From Candidatus Dormiibacterota bacterium (GTDB taxonomy: Bacteria > Chloroflexota > Dormibacteria > Aeolococcales > Aeolococcaceae), in NCBI GenBank assembly GCA_963751755.1, contig CAVVVH010000001.1, positions 35,140 to 99,139 of the forward strand: a DNA stretch of 64,000 nucleotides. The letters are read 5' to 3'. Shown piece after piece: positions 10,472 to 19,487 of this stretch (position 1 is its first letter; each line of letters begins with the position of its first letter). A program made the translations under genes and the position numbers. The notes under the pieces were generated by a model. The model was not told the origin of the DNA, did no database searches, and was given only the letters and a program-made list of their open reading frames with translations.

Positions 10472-10725
10472 GCTCAGCACCTTGGACGGGAGCCGGAGGC
10501 AGCGGCCTCCGGCCTCCCGATCTCGCGGGAAGCGTCGCCGGCAGGCAGCCGCCCCGCTTCGTCACAATTCCTGCAAACAGAGGCGCTCCAGGTGGGAATT
10601 CGCACCAACCGCGTCGAACGTGGTGGAAAACGCAGGGTAGCAATCTTGTAGGACGTTTGTTACAGTGTGGTCTCACTAGAAGCGATTGGGGCATTTGCCC
10701 CGCTCGGGCACGAAGGAGTGGAGAC

Positions 10726-12036
10726 ATGATCAGAGGGGACGCGCGGCACGGCTCAGGCCGCGAGACCAGTTTCGGCCGGCGGCTGCGCGTGGGCGCTGTC
10801 GGCACCGTGGCCATCGGCGGAGCCATCTTCATGGGCGGGGCCGCGACGCTGATCACCGCTTCTGCGCACAGCTTCGGCACACCGGCGACCATCCCGATCA
10901 TGCAGGGCGGCAATGTCGTCGGCTCGGCGATCCTCAAGGACTCGGCGCTCATGGCGTCCAACGTCACCAAGGACCGCTGGGTGGACTTCTTCCTCTGGGC
11001 ACCAGGCTCGAACTGCACCGGTGCAGCGAACATCCTCTTCACGGAGTCCGATCACCCCGCGGTCGATGGTGTGAGCACCGTCACCACCGTGGGTTCGTAC
11101 AAGCCGACCGCCGTCGGCACGTACCAGTGGACCGCGGACATCCGTGACCCCAAGACTGGCGTCATCGAGGCCGGTCCCACGAAGTGTGGTGACGAGCCGG
11201 CGACCCTGGTCAAGACGTCGCCCGCCATCAACACCACTGCGTCGAGCGGCGGGATCGTCGGCACCACCCTCAGCGACGTCGCCACCGTCACGGGCGTGGT
11301 CGCTCCGACCGGGACGGTGACCTTCCAGCTGTTCTCCGACCTCGCCACGTGCCAGGCTGGCAGCCCGGTGCTGTTCACCTCGGCTGGGCGGCCTCTGTCG
11401 GCAACGGCGCCGTTCAAGGCCACCAGTGGCACCTTCCCCACGACCGGTGTGGGCACCTTCCAGTGGGTCGCCACCTTCAGCGGCGACGCCAACAACGCGG
11501 CCGTCTCGAGCACCTGCGGCTCTGAGCCCGTCAAGATCTCGCAGGCCGGCCCGAGCATCAGCACCACCGCCGGATCGGGTGGCACCGTGCCGGTCGACGT
11601 GACCGACACCGCCACGGTGTCGGGCGGCGTCAACCCGACCGGGACCGTGACATTCACCCTGTACCCGAGCGCCGCGGACTGCACCGCGGGCACCAACGCC
11701 GTCGGCACGCCCTCGACAGTGACCCTGTCCGGTGGCAAGGCGACGAGCGCTCCGATCCACCTGACCGCCGCGGGCACCTACCAGTGGCGCGCCAAGTACA
11801 ACGGCGACGCCAACAACGCCAGCGTCTCCAGCAACTGCGGTGACGAGCCCGTCGTCGCCACCTCGACCTCGCCGTCACCCACACCGAGTGGTGTCGGTGG
11901 GATCAACATCCCGAACACCGGCGGCACCGGCTCGCTGACCGGCGTGACCATCGGCGGCTTCCTGCTCCTCGGCGGACTGGGCGTGGCCCTCGCCGGCTCG
12001 ATCCTTCCCCGCCGTCGTCGTCGCAGCGCCCCGTAA
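10726..12036 (+). CDS. cell-wall-anchored surface protein with tandem Ig-like repeats (IPNTG sorting signal)
   Basis: GAAGGAG RBS and ATG 10726. N-terminal signal/TM segment and three ~105-aa repeats. The C-terminus is IPNTGG + hydrophobic helix + RRRRR tail, the pattern of a sortase substrate. Confidence 0.8.
   Translation: MIRGDARHGSGRETSFGRRLRVGAVGTVAIGGAIFMGGAATLITASAHSFGTPATIPIMQGGNVVGSAILKDSALMASNVTKDRWVDFFLWAPGSNCTGAANILFTESDHPAVDGVSTVTTVGSYKPTAVGTYQWTADIRDPKTGVIEAGPTKCGDEPATLVKTSPAINTTASSGGIVGTTLSDVATVTGVVAPTGTVTFQLFSDLATCQAGSPVLFTSAGRPLSATAPFKATSGTFPTTGVGTFQWVATFSGDANNAAVSSTCGSEPVKISQAGPSISTTAGSGGTVPVDVTDTATVSGGVNPTGTVTFTLYPSAADCTAGTNAVGTPSTVTLSGGKATSAPIHLTAAGTYQWRAKYNGDANNASVSSNCGDEPVVATSTSPSPTPSGVGGINIPNTGGTGSLTGVTIGGFLLLGGLGVALAGSILPRRRRRSAP
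10903..11859 (+). repeat. three tandem ~315-nt coding repeats (Ig-like, two Cys each)
   Basis: Units are at about 10903-11220 (degenerate), 11221-11550 and 11551-11859. Shared pattern: TGTVTF..(L/Y)....C.AG........GTYQW.A.YSGDANNA.VSS.CG.EPV. Confidence 0.75.
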
Positions 12037-12056
12037 GGGTTCCTCGACTTCGCCAA

Positions 12057-12090
12057 GGGCCGGTGCGCAGCGCACCGGCCCTTTTCTTTT
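12057..12090 (+). terminator. rho-independent terminator
   Basis: GGGCCGGTGCG-CAG-CGCACCGGCCC perfect 11-bp stem followed by TTTTCTTTT, 21 nt after the surface-protein stop. Confidence 0.85.
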
Positions 12091-12096
12091 GCCACA

Positions 12097-12885
12097 GTGA
12101 CCAGCGCCATGTCGTCGCAGCTCACCGGCGCGGACGCCCCGCTGCCCGTCCGCTACACCGACGGCGCGCTCGCCGTCCTCGACGACGACGAGCGCGCCCG
12201 TCTCCTCGATGGCGCCGGCCGTCCCAGGCACCCGGACGAGCTGCCCTGGGAGCTTCTCTACCGCGTCGAGCCAGAGCTCTACGCGCGGCTGGTTGCCGGT
12301 GAGCGGCTGCACGAGGGGATCCTCCAGTGGCTTCCCGCCCGGCTCGGCGACGTGCTCGAGGTGGGCGCCGGCACCGGCCGGCTGACCCTCGACCTGGTCC
12401 GCCGCTGCCGGCGGCTGGTGGCCGTCGAACCCGCGGCCGGGCTGAGGGCCATCCTCGAGCGCCGCCTCCGTGGTGCGGGTGCCGCCGAGGTCAGCGTGGC
12501 GCGCGGGTTCTTCGACGCGCTGCCGCACAGCGAGGGTGGCTTCGACATGGTGGTGAGCTGCTCCGCTTTCGCGGTCGGCGCCCTCGATGACCCCGAGCGA
12601 TGCCTCGCCACCATGGAGAGTCGCTGTGCTCACGGCGGCATCGTCGTCCTGATCTGGCCGGGCGACGTCCCCTGGCTGCGGGCCAGGGGTTTCGAGCACG
12701 TGGTGTTCGAGGGCCCGATGGTGGTGGAGTACGCATCCACCGAGGAGGCGATCGCCCTTGCGCGGATCTTCTATCCGCGCGCGGAGGCAGCGGTGGCCGA
12801 GATGGGCTCCCGCTTCGTCGATTTCATGACGCTCGGCATCCCCCCGCCACGGGATCTCTGCTGGAAGCGCCGTCAGCAGCCATAG
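12097..12885 (+). CDS. class I SAM-dependent methyltransferase
   Basis: 262-aa ORF with the VLEVGAGTGRLT SAM-binding motif I. Confidence 0.75.
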   Translation: MTSAMSSQLTGADAPLPVRYTDGALAVLDDDERARLLDGAGRPRHPDELPWELLYRVEPELYARLVAGERLHEGILQWLPARLGDVLEVGAGTGRLTLDLVRRCRRLVAVEPAAGLRAILERRLRGAGAAEVSVARGFFDALPHSEGGFDMVVSCSAFAVGALDDPERCLATMESRCAHGGIVVLIWPGDVPWLRARGFEHVVFEGPMVVEYASTEEAIALARIFYPRAEAAVAEMGSRFVDFMTLGIPPPRDLCWKRRQQP

Positions 12886-12889
12886 CGCG

Positions 12890-13954
12890 ATGCGCATCGC
12901 CCTGCTCGCTCCTCTGGTCAGCCCGATCGGTGCGCTGCACCTCGGCGGTGCGCAGGCGGTGGTCGCCGACCTCGCCCAGGCGCTCGTGGCGCGAGGACAC
13001 GAGGTTGTCGTCTACGCCGGCCGGGGGTCGTCGATCCCGGGCGTCACGATTGCGGATGTGGATGTCGACTGGTCACCGCTGGAGGCCGACCTGTTTCGCG
13101 AGGGCGTGCAGCGCTCTGCCTCGGCAGCCATGCTGCACGCCTACCGCACCGTGTACGCGCACCTGCGCGACGGACGGTTCGACGTCGTGCACAACCATGG
13201 TTTCGACGCCCCTGCGGTGACGGTCGCCGCCGAGCTCGGCATCCCGGTGCTTCACACCCTGCACCTGCCGCCGAGCAGGTCGGTGGCGGACGCGGTCATC
13301 GAGGCTCGCCGCGGCTCCGCCGGAGTGTGGTGTGCCGCCGTGTCGAGCGCACATGCCGCTGCCTGGCGACGGATGGTCGGAATCGACGCAGTGCTGCGCA
13401 ACGGGGTCCCTGTCGACCGGATCCCGTTCGTGGCCGGCGCGGGCACCGCCGCCGTCGTGGCGGCGCGCTTCAGCCATGAGAAGGGCGTCGCCGAGGGCAT
13501 CACCGCCGCGCGCGACAGCGGCCGGCCCGTGGTGGTGTACGGCACGGCGTACGACGCGGCATACGAAAATGCGGTGCGCGCTCGCTGGGCCGGTGACCCC
13601 GCCGTGACGTTCGAACAACCCGTGCCACGGACGGAGCTGTGGCGCGCCCTGGGCTCGGCGGCCGTGGTGCTGTGTCTCTCACAATGGGACGAGCCCTTCG
13701 GCATGGTCGCGGCCGAGGCACAGGCAGCGGGCACCCCGGTCGTCGCGTCGCGGGCCGGCGGCCTCGCTGAGGTTGTGGAGGACGGTGTCACCGGGTACCT
13801 CGTCCCCCCTGCGGACGCCGCGGCCACCCTGACTGCGCTGGCGCGGGTGGGCGGCGTTTCCCGTCCGGCGTGCCGCCGTCACGCACAGGTCGCACTCGGG
13901 CTCGAGCAGGCGGTCGACGCGCACGAGCGCCTCTACGCCGGTCTCACCGCCTGA
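12890..13954 (+). CDS. GT-B glycosyltransferase (family 4-like)
   Basis: 354 aa. N-terminal GGAQAVVADLAQALVARGHEV and C-terminal EPFGMVAAEAQAAGTPVVASRAGGLAEVVEDGVTG (E-x7-E type motif). Confidence 0.8.
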   Translation: MRIALLAPLVSPIGALHLGGAQAVVADLAQALVARGHEVVVYAGRGSSIPGVTIADVDVDWSPLEADLFREGVQRSASAAMLHAYRTVYAHLRDGRFDVVHNHGFDAPAVTVAAELGIPVLHTLHLPPSRSVADAVIEARRGSAGVWCAAVSSAHAAAWRRMVGIDAVLRNGVPVDRIPFVAGAGTAAVVAARFSHEKGVAEGITAARDSGRPVVVYGTAYDAAYENAVRARWAGDPAVTFEQPVPRTELWRALGSAAVVLCLSQWDEPFGMVAAEAQAAGTPVVASRAGGLAEVVEDGVTGYLVPPADAAATLTALARVGGVSRPACRRHAQVALGLEQAVDAHERLYAGLTA

Positions 13955-14015
13955 CCTGATCGGTACACCGCGTTACGCTGGTCAGAGCGCATCTTCCACC
14001 GCACCACGGGAGCAG

Positions 14016-14324
14016 GTGATGGCCACTGAGAAGCAGAAGACCGCCGCTCGACAGAACATCAAGAAAGCCCAGACGGCGAGCCGCAAAGGTGGCATGGACA
14101 CCGCAAAACGTGACTCGCTCGACACCTCGACTTTCGCGTTCCCCAAGGAGCGCAAGGAGCCTCTCAACGACGCTCGTCACGTGCGCAACGCGATCTCCCG
14201 CTTCGACCAGGTCGAGGGTGTCAGCGACGCGGAGCGAGACCGCGCCTGGAAGCGCATCAGGTCGGCCGCCAAGAAGTACGGCGTCGAGGTGCAGGCCGAC
14301 AGCTGGCGCGAGCTGGTCAAGTAG
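14016..14324 (+). CDS. small basic conserved hypothetical protein (DUF6582-like)
   Basis: 102-aa ORF with AFPKERKEPLNDARHVRNAISRFDQVEGVSD. The family name is from memory and has not been checked. Confidence 0.6.
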   Translation: MMATEKQKTAARQNIKKAQTASRKGGMDTAKRDSLDTSTFAFPKERKEPLNDARHVRNAISRFDQVEGVSDAERDRAWKRIRSAAKKYGVEVQADSWRELVK

Positions 14325-14340
14325 CTCGCCGGGGCCCGCG

Positions 14341-14703
14341 TCAGCCGGCGACGGTGATGGTCGCGGTCATGTAGTTGTGAATGTCGCAGTGGTACGAGTA
14401 CGTGCCCGGCTTGCTGAAGGTCACCGCGTACGACGTGTTCGGCGTGAGGTTGCCGGAGTCCCAGGCCTGCGGTGCTGACTTGTCCGCGGTGGTGGTGTGC
14501 GTGGTGGTGTCGTTGTTGGTCCAGGTCACCGTCGTGCCGGTGCTCACGTGCAGGCTGGCGGGACCGAAGGCGAAGTTCTTGATGGTGATGGTGTTGCCGT
14601 CGGTCGAGGCGGGTGCGACGGCTGTGGACGACGTGCCGCCGCAGGCGGCGAGGGTCGCTCCGGCACCGATGGCGAGCGCGAGGGCGAGAGATCGAAGACG
14701 CAT
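14341..14703 (-). CDS. cupredoxin (plastocyanin/amicyanin-like) lipoprotein
   Basis: 120 aa. Lipobox LAACGG. Type-1 Cu ligand pattern H...YHCDIHNYM (Cys-x2-His-x2-Met). Confidence 0.8.
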   Translation of the reverse strand: MRLRSLALALAIGAGATLAACGGTSSTAVAPASTDGNTITIKNFAFGPASLHVSTGTTVTWTNNDTTTHTTTADKSAPQAWDSGNLTPNTSYAVTFSKPGTYSYHCDIHNYMTATITVAG

Positions 14704-14793
14704 TGAACGAGGGTCCTTTCATGTGGTGCCGCCGGCGGCAGGGCGAGACGAGGGTGGCGGGGGCTGTCCACGCCACCCTCGATGCCGTGTTGA

Positions 14794-15513
14794 CTAGGAG
14801 GGCGTCGGTGTGGCGCTCGTCGCCCCGGGGGAGTACGCCATGTCCGTCTTCTGGAAGACATCGGGAACCGGGTACTGGCCGAGTACGTAGTAGAGGATGG
14901 CGGCGTGCATCTGGTCGACGCTCTGGAGGGCGCCGGCGAGCGTGATGGCGGCCTTGCTCTGCAGGGTCGGACCGGCCGCGAGGTACGTGTCCGCGGCGAT
15001 CTTCTCGAGCATGAGCGCGAGCTTGGCGGCGCCGGCGACGTCGGTCACCTTGGCGAACGCCGCTTGCACGGTGGCGTTGAGGTCGGCCGGGGGTGCTGTC
15101 ACCGCGGCCGCGCCGGCGGACTGCAGCACGGCGTTCCACTTGTCGAGCGCGGTCTGGTGGTGCTGACCGACAGTGGTGACGAACGTCACGACCGCGGGAG
15201 GCACCGCGCCGAGATGGCCTCCAACGGCGGCTGCACCCGCCGCCTTGTAGGTGGCCACGGCGAGCACCTCGAGGCTGGCTGCTGTCATGGCCACAGCGGC
15301 GTCTCCGCCAGACGAGGGCGAGGCTGCGGCTGCCGACGAGCCCGTCGGCAACGGGGAGTTGGTCGTCGTGCTGCTTCCGCAGCCCGCCGCCACCAGGGCA
15401 ACCCCGGCTGCGCCGGTGCCTGCGAGGAACGTGCGGCGATCCGTCGCGGTCCGCGCCACGCGATGGAGGATGGATGTGTCGGTCGTCGACATGGTTGTGA
15501 TCTCCGAGCTCAT
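14794..15513 (-). CDS. Tat-signal ferritin-like domain lipoprotein
   Basis: 239 aa. Twin-arginine DRRTFLAG followed by lipobox VAAGCGS. Helical Ala-rich body with paired LE..A..TY and QH motifs, typical of ferritin-like four-helix proteins. Confidence 0.7.
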   Translation of the reverse strand: MSSEITTMSTTDTSILHRVARTATDRRTFLAGTGAAGVALVAAGCGSSTTTNSPLPTGSSAAAASPSSGGDAAVAMTAASLEVLAVATYKAAGAAAVGGHLGAVPPAVVTFVTTVGQHHQTALDKWNAVLQSAGAAAVTAPPADLNATVQAAFAKVTDVAGAAKLALMLEKIAADTYLAAGPTLQSKAAITLAGALQSVDQMHAAILYYVLGQYPVPDVFQKTDMAYSPGATSATPTPS

Positions 15514-16367
15514 GAGACGGCGCCTTCCGCCGGCGGGCTGGCGTGCACAGGAGCGGGGATTGCGTCGGGGAAGCCAGCGCTGCCTGCGGCTGCAGGAAGC
15601 TTGCTGGCGTCGACGGGGATGGCGATCAGCGAGGGGTCGTTGGCGGGAAGCAGTGCCGCGACAGCGAGGAGGGTGGCGAGGTGCTGCGTTTCCACGCCCA
15701 TGACGCTGCTCATGATGGTCTGCGACTTCTTGTCGGTGAACATCGAGATGTCCGCCAGGTAGGTGTCCCGGGCGACATACTCCAGCGTGGCCGCGAGCTT
15801 GACCACGTCGAGCGGCGTCTTCAGCGTCGGCTTCGCCGCAGCGACGATGGGTGCGTACTTGGGATTGTCGCTGTTCTGCACCTTGCCGCCGAGCGCTGTC
15901 GTCTGCGCCTGGAAGGCCATCTTGTGCTGGTCGTGCTGGTCCATGGTGGTCGACGCGAACGCCTTGATGACGGGGTTGCCGTTGGCGATGAAGGGCAACG
16001 TCAGCGCGGCCCCATACGTCGCCACGGCGAGGTGCTCGAGCGATGACGCGGTCTGCAGCATCATCACGTCGAGCGAGCTGTCGGCGAATACGGGCTTGGT
16101 GAGCGCTGTGACGACGGCTGCGGCGATGCCACCGCCCACGAGGCCGCGCGCCAGGAGGCCGGAGCTGGTGAAGCCTAGCCGGCTCAGCACGGCACGACGG
16201 CTGGCCAGGAAGGCGTCGACCTCCTCCGGCTCGGCGGTCTGACCACGCCGGTCGGCGCGAAGGTCCCTGAGATCCGACAGGTTGCCGTCGAGCCCGCGCA
16301 GGGCATCCGCCTGCATGTCTTGCAAGTCCTCGATGAGCACCGTCAGCTGACGGTCGTCCAATTTCAT
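15510..16367 (-). CDS. ferritin-like domain protein with internal Tat-like signal
   Basis: Start MKLDD at 16367 with an AGGAGA RBS. A ~55-aa acidic N-extension is followed by SRRAVLSRLGF + TM. It is a paralogue of the downstream gene, and its stop overlaps that gene's start (ATGA). Confidence 0.65.
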   Translation of the reverse strand: MKLDDRQLTVLIEDLQDMQADALRGLDGNLSDLRDLRADRRGQTAEPEEVDAFLASRRAVLSRLGFTSSGLLARGLVGGGIAAAVVTALTKPVFADSSLDVMMLQTASSLEHLAVATYGAALTLPFIANGNPVIKAFASTTMDQHDQHKMAFQAQTTALGGKVQNSDNPKYAPIVAAAKPTLKTPLDVVKLAATLEYVARDTYLADISMFTDKKSQTIMSSVMGVETQHLATLLAVAALLPANDPSLIAIPVDASKLPAAAGSAGFPDAIPAPVHASPPAEGAVS

Positions 16368-16659
16368 CCGTGTCTCCTGTTGCCGGTGTACTGCATGCGA
16401 TCGACTACGCAGGGCCGCCTCACCGCAGATCACTTCGAATACCAGGCTTGACATGCGCGGTACGCGTCAGCTCACACACGCGCACGCGTTTCCTCTATCC
16501 GTGCGTCTTTGGAATCAGTGGTGCGTCTCGGTGTGCGCAGAGTCATCCGTTGACGCGCGTCATGCGTAGGTACGGTCAGCGCCTCGACAGCAGTTGCCGC
16601 GGTCGCAACTCACTTCCCCCGGCGGCGACACGGCTGGGAGAGCATCGGAGGTACGCAGC

Positions 16660-16914
16660 ATGCCGTTCATCGGCACCGGTCACGTCTGGATCCTGGCCAT
16701 TCTCCTGGTTGTCGTGCTCATCGTCTGGGGCCCGGGCAAGCTGCCCGATGTCGGCTCAGGGATGGGGCGCGCGATCCGCGAGTTCCGCAAGGCGTCGAGC
16801 GACACCAAGGAGGAGTTCGCCAGGGCGACCCATGCGCAGCACGATTCGGTCGCGCCGTCTGCACCGCCCGCGACGCCCGAGTCTCCGACCGTCGACCATG
16901 CTGCCGCCGGCTGA
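16660..16914 (+). CDS. tatA: twin-arginine translocase subunit TatA/E
   Basis: GGAGGT RBS. MPFIGTGHVWILAILLVVVLIVWGPGKLPDVG is the canonical TatA TM + hinge + amphipathic helix. Confidence 0.85.
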   Translation: MPFIGTGHVWILAILLVVVLIVWGPGKLPDVGSGMGRAIREFRKASSDTKEEFARATHAQHDSVAPSAPPATPESPTVDHAAAG

Positions 16915-16945
16915 GGTGGCGTCGATCTCACCCGGACGCTGAGAG

Positions 16946-17692
16946 ATGCAGGGAGTAGCCGGCCGCGGCGGTCACATGACACTCGTCCAGCACCTGGAGG
17001 AGCTGCGGCGTGTCCTGCTCGTCTCCGCGATCGCCTGGGTCGTGGCCACCGTCCTGGCCTTCGTCTTCCACGGCGCCATCTTCGACTTCCTGCTCCGCCC
17101 CCTCACCACGGTCCTGGGCAAGACCAACAACCACATCACGTCGAGCGCGATCTTCACCAGCCCCACCGAGGGGCTGACCATCCCGGTGAAGATCTCGGCG
17201 ATCGCGGGCCTCGTCGGCGCGCTGCCAGTGATCCTCTGGCAGGCCTGGACGTTCGTCGCACCCGGCCTGCGCCCGGTCGAGAAGAAGTTCGTCGGTCCGT
17301 TCGTTGCGTCGGCGTTCCTGCTGTTCGCGGGCGGCGCCGCGTTCGCGTACTTCGTGATGCCGATCGGGCTCAACTTCCTCGCCACCTTCCTCGGCAACAG
17401 CGCCGTCTACCTTCCCGACATCAACGCGTACCTCTCCTTCCTTCTGCTGCTCATCGTGGCGTTCGGCGTCGCGTTCGAGCTGCCGGTGGTGGTCATCCTG
17501 CTCGGCGTCGTGGGGCTGGTGTCGTCGAAGCTGCTGCGCCGCAAGCGCAAGGCGATCTGGGTCGGCATCATCGCCGCCTCGCTGGTGGTCACCCCGGGCG
17601 CCGACCCCTACACGCCGACGGCGCTGTTCATCCCGCTGATCCTGTTCTTCGAGGCATCGGTCCTCATCCTCGACAAGGCACTGAAGCGCTGA
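16946..17692 (+). CDS. tatC: twin-arginine translocase subunit TatC
   Basis: 248-aa polytopic protein. HLEELRRVLL is near the N-terminus and PGADP near the C-terminus. Alternative start at ATG 16976. Confidence 0.85.
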   Translation: MQGVAGRGGHMTLVQHLEELRRVLLVSAIAWVVATVLAFVFHGAIFDFLLRPLTTVLGKTNNHITSSAIFTSPTEGLTIPVKISAIAGLVGALPVILWQAWTFVAPGLRPVEKKFVGPFVASAFLLFAGGAAFAYFVMPIGLNFLATFLGNSAVYLPDINAYLSFLLLLIVAFGVAFELPVVVILLGVVGLVSSKLLRRKRKAIWVGIIAASLVVTPGADPYTPTALFIPLILFFEASVLILDKALKR

Positions 17693-17701
17693 TCCGGTCA
17701 A

Positions 17702-17828
17702 GGGAGCGGTGGGACGGGATCGCTCCGGTCGCGGAGCTCGCGGTCGCATCGGAGCCCCCGGGGCTTCGCCCGATCGGTCTCCTCGTCTGCTCGCAATGCT
17801 CGCTCCGCGATCCCGTCCCACCGCTCCT
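17702..17828 (+). repeat. palindromic intergenic repeat, copy 1 (MITE/REP-like)
   Basis: GGGAGCGGTGGGACGGGATCGC ... GCGATCCCGTCCCACCGCTCC, about 21-22-nt terminal inverted repeats around a ~83-nt core that holds an inner AGCCCC-C-GGGGCT hairpin. It lies between the tatC stop and the ABC-F start. Confidence 0.8.
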
Positions 17829-17853
17829 TCAGCGGTAGCACACATCGGATACT

Positions 17854-19461
17854 GTGTCGATGGGATTCATCGATGTGTCGGCGCTCAGGTGCGTGCTCGG
17901 CGACGGCCGCGTGCTGTTCGACGACGTGTCGTTCCGCGTCGGTGACGGCGCCAAGACCGCGCTCATCGGGCCTAACGGCGCCGGCAAGACGACGCTGTTG
18001 CGGATGATCGCCGGCGACCTCGCACCGGCCGCCGGAACGATCGCGAGTCGCGGCGGTGTCGGGGTGATGCGCCAGTTCATCGGCTCCATCCGCGATGGCA
18101 GCACCATCCGCGACCTGCTCGTAGCGGTCGCGCCTCCGGCCATCCGCGAGGCGCTCCGTGCGCTCGACGCGACGGAGTTGGCCATGCACGACAACGATGG
18201 CACGGATGCCGCCATCGCCAACGCGCAGGCCATCGCCGACTGGGCAGAGGTGGGCGGGTACGACGCCGAGGTGGTGTGGAACCTGTGCACGCAGGCCGCT
18301 CTCGGCCAGTCATACGACGACTCGTGGGCTCGCCCTGTGGTGCAGCTGAGCGGCGGCGAGCAGAAGAGGCTCGCGCTCGAGGCGCTGCTGCGCGGTCCCG
18401 ATGAGGTGCTGCTCCTCGACGAGCCTGACAACTACCTCGACGTCACCGGCAAGGAATGGCTCGAGGAGGCGCTGGTGCTCACCCGCAAGACCGTGCTGTT
18501 CGTCACCCACGACCGCGAGCTGCTCTCGCGCACCGCGGAGCGGGCCATCACCATCGAAGGGGGCGCCGCGTGGACCCACGGCGGCGGGTTCGCCGGCTAC
18601 GCACAGGCGCGGCGCGCTCGGCACGATCGCCAGGAGGAGATGCACCGCCGCTGGGACGAGGAGCATGAGCGCCTGCGCACGTACGTCAGGACGCTGCAGC
18701 AGCAGGCGGCGCGCAGCGCCGACATGGCCTCTCGCTACAAGGCGGCGCAGAGCCGGCTGGCCCGCTTCGAAGCCGACGGCCCGCCGCCCGCGCCACCACG
18801 CGAGCAGGACGTGCGGATGCGGCTGCGCGGCGCGCGCACCGGCGTCCAGGCGGTCATCTGCGACGGCCTCGAGCTCACCGGGCTGGTGCAGCCGTTCGAC
18901 CTCGACGTCTACTACGGCGAGCGCGTCGCGGTGGTGGGCCCCAACGGCTCCGGCAAGTCGCACTTCCTCCGCTTGCTCGGGGGCGGTGACGTTGGCCACA
19001 CCGGGCGGTGGCGTCTCGGCGCGCGAGTCGTCCCCGGCAGCTTCTCGCAGGTCCACCACCGCCCTGACCTCGACGACAGGACTCTGGTGGAGGTTCTCCA
19101 CGAGCACAGCCTCGACCGTGGCCGCGCCGTCGGGGCGCTGCGCCGCTACGAGCTCGGCGGCCAGGCGGACCAGTCCTTCACCACGCTGTCCGGCGGTCAG
19201 CAGGCACGCTTCCAGATCCTGCTCCTCGAGCTCGACGGCGCCACGCTCCTGCTGCTGGACGAGCCGACCGACAACCTCGACCTCGAGAGCGCCCAGGCAC
19301 TCGAGGACGGCCTCGCGGGCTTCGACGGGACGGTGATCGCGGTGACGCACGACCGCTGGTTCGCACGCTCGTTCGACCGCTTCCTGGTGTTCGGCGAGGA
19401 CGGTTCCATGAGGGAGTCGGACTCACCCGCGTGGCGCAGCGTTGCAGCGACGGCCACCTGA
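17854..19461 (+). CDS. ABC-F family ATPase (two ABC domains, no TM domain)
   Basis: Intact 535 aa. Two Walker A sites (GPNGAGKTT, GPNGSGKSH), two signature motifs (LSGGEQKR, LSGGQQAR) and two Walker B sites (LLLDEP). Confidence 0.9.
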   Translation: MSMGFIDVSALRCVLGDGRVLFDDVSFRVGDGAKTALIGPNGAGKTTLLRMIAGDLAPAAGTIASRGGVGVMRQFIGSIRDGSTIRDLLVAVAPPAIREALRALDATELAMHDNDGTDAAIANAQAIADWAEVGGYDAEVVWNLCTQAALGQSYDDSWARPVVQLSGGEQKRLALEALLRGPDEVLLLDEPDNYLDVTGKEWLEEALVLTRKTVLFVTHDRELLSRTAERAITIEGGAAWTHGGGFAGYAQARRARHDRQEEMHRRWDEEHERLRTYVRTLQQQAARSADMASRYKAAQSRLARFEADGPPPAPPREQDVRMRLRGARTGVQAVICDGLELTGLVQPFDLDVYYGERVAVVGPNGSGKSHFLRLLGGGDVGHTGRWRLGARVVPGSFSQVHHRPDLDDRTLVEVLHEHSLDRGRAVGALRRYELGGQADQSFTTLSGGQQARFQILLLELDGATLLLLDEPTDNLDLESAQALEDGLAGFDGTVIAVTHDRWFARSFDRFLVFGEDGSMRESDSPAWRSVAATAT

Positions 19462-19487
19462 CCGCGTAGGGCGGTGGGTTCCAATAA

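Noticed and set aside
9937-10725. N-terminal 263 codons of the 699-aa ORF 9937-12036
   Set aside because: This part overlaps the NarL regulator and the cold-shock gene in other frames and is Arg/Pro-rich. A GAAGGAG RBS with ATG at 10726, followed by a signal/TM segment, marks the real start of the surface protein.
10107-10725. Intergenic regions around the cold-shock gene screened for tRNA, riboswitch or sRNA
   Set aside because: I could trace no cloverleaf and no T-loop GTTCGAATC-type motif. I found only simple GC hairpins: GGCCGGAC...GTCCGGCC after the regulator gene, CCGGAGGC-AGCG-GCCTCCGG at 10493-10512 after csp, and GGGGCA-TT-TGCCCC at 10688-10701. These are most simply terminator or 5'-UTR structures.
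16455-16659. TTGACG...TAGGTA as a promoter for tatA
   Set aside because: The spacer between the candidate -35 and -10 hexamers is only about 11 nt. No alternative hexamer pair with 16-18-nt spacing was convincing by eye.
16660-17692. tatA and tatC as the export system for the nearby hydrogenase
   Set aside because: HhyS has no twin-arginine signal (it begins MVTEAAPYGRKTQKEPPVKDVHIV...), consistent with the cytosolic location of group 1h enzymes. The Tat genes are more plausibly linked to the adjacent Tat-signal ferritin-like proteins.
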